From assembly GCF_009914755.1 (NCBI RefSeq), contig NC_060933.1: DNA of 64,000 nt; one strand, given 5' to 3'. Positions within the stretch are counted from its first letter, which is position 1, and the number at the start of each line of letters is the position of its first letter. Source of the DNA: the human T2T-CHM13v2.0 reference genome, Homo sapiens. This document shows positions 63,489-64,000 of the stretch, piece after piece. Under the pieces are notes generated by a model. That model saw only the letters and a program-made list of their open reading frames with translations. It searched no databases and had not been told where the DNA came from. The translations under genes were made by a program, and so were the position numbers.

Positions 63489-63795
63489 TAATATTAGTGA
63501 TGACGAGAAAAATACTTTCTTTGAGATAGAACTTACTTCTGCCTATCAAATCATAGCCAATGGATAACTTCATCCTTCATATTACCAAAGTCCTTAGCTC
63601 TTTAATTATTCTGATTGTAACAGGATAATCTATCTGGAAGTTTTGGGTTTTTATACATCTACTTTTATTCCACTAACATATTTCTTGGAAGAGTAATGCT
63701 GATCTACAACAGTAATATCCGATAGAAATATGTGAGCCATTATAATCCGAGTAATTTTTAATTTTCTGGTAGTCACATTAAAAAAGGTTAAAAGA

Positions 63796-64000
63796 GGCTA
63801 GGCGTGGTGGCTCACGCCTGTAATCCCAGCACTTTCGGAGGCGGAGGCGGGAGGTGGGTGGATCACTTGAGGTCATGAGTTCCAGACCAGCCTGGTCAAC
63901 ATGGCAAAACCCCATCTCTACTAAAAATACAAAAATTAGCCTGGTGTAGTGGTGCCTTCCTGTAATCCCAACTACTCAGGAGTCTGAGGCATGAGAATTG
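63796..64000 (+). mobile_element. Alu, truncated by window edge
   Basis: ggctaggcgtggtggctcacgcctgtaatccc. Confidence 0.88.

Overview
Human (hominid, SVA-bearing) genomic DNA containing all 20 coding exons of RC3H2 (Roquin-2/MNAB) on the minus strand. The exons join through GT-AG boundaries into a 3576-nt, 1191-aa ORF (ATG 58743, TGA 10984-10982). A ~5 kb 3'UTR runs to an AATAAA at 5934-5929; exon 1 and the promoter appear to lie beyond the right edge. An intronic C/D snoRNA (SNORD90) lies at ~41453-41555. The left end holds the 3' end of a processed KRT18 pseudogene and nested MaLR elements. Introns are Alu-dense and carry two full-length SVAs, both antisense to the gene. Main observation: SVA-1 inserted inside the 3' splice site of exon 19, and its 18-bp target-site duplication is that acceptor's polypyrimidine tract. 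The same intron encodes a read-through hydrophobic tail with its own AATAAA (1064-aa form). This form and two other in-phase truncation points (506 aa, 218 aa) would all drop the 3'UTR CDE stem-loop (9581-9597) through which Roquin can repress its own mRNA. Exon numbers assume one non-coding exon 1 outside the window. Repeat boundaries and subfamilies were judged by eye and are approximate.
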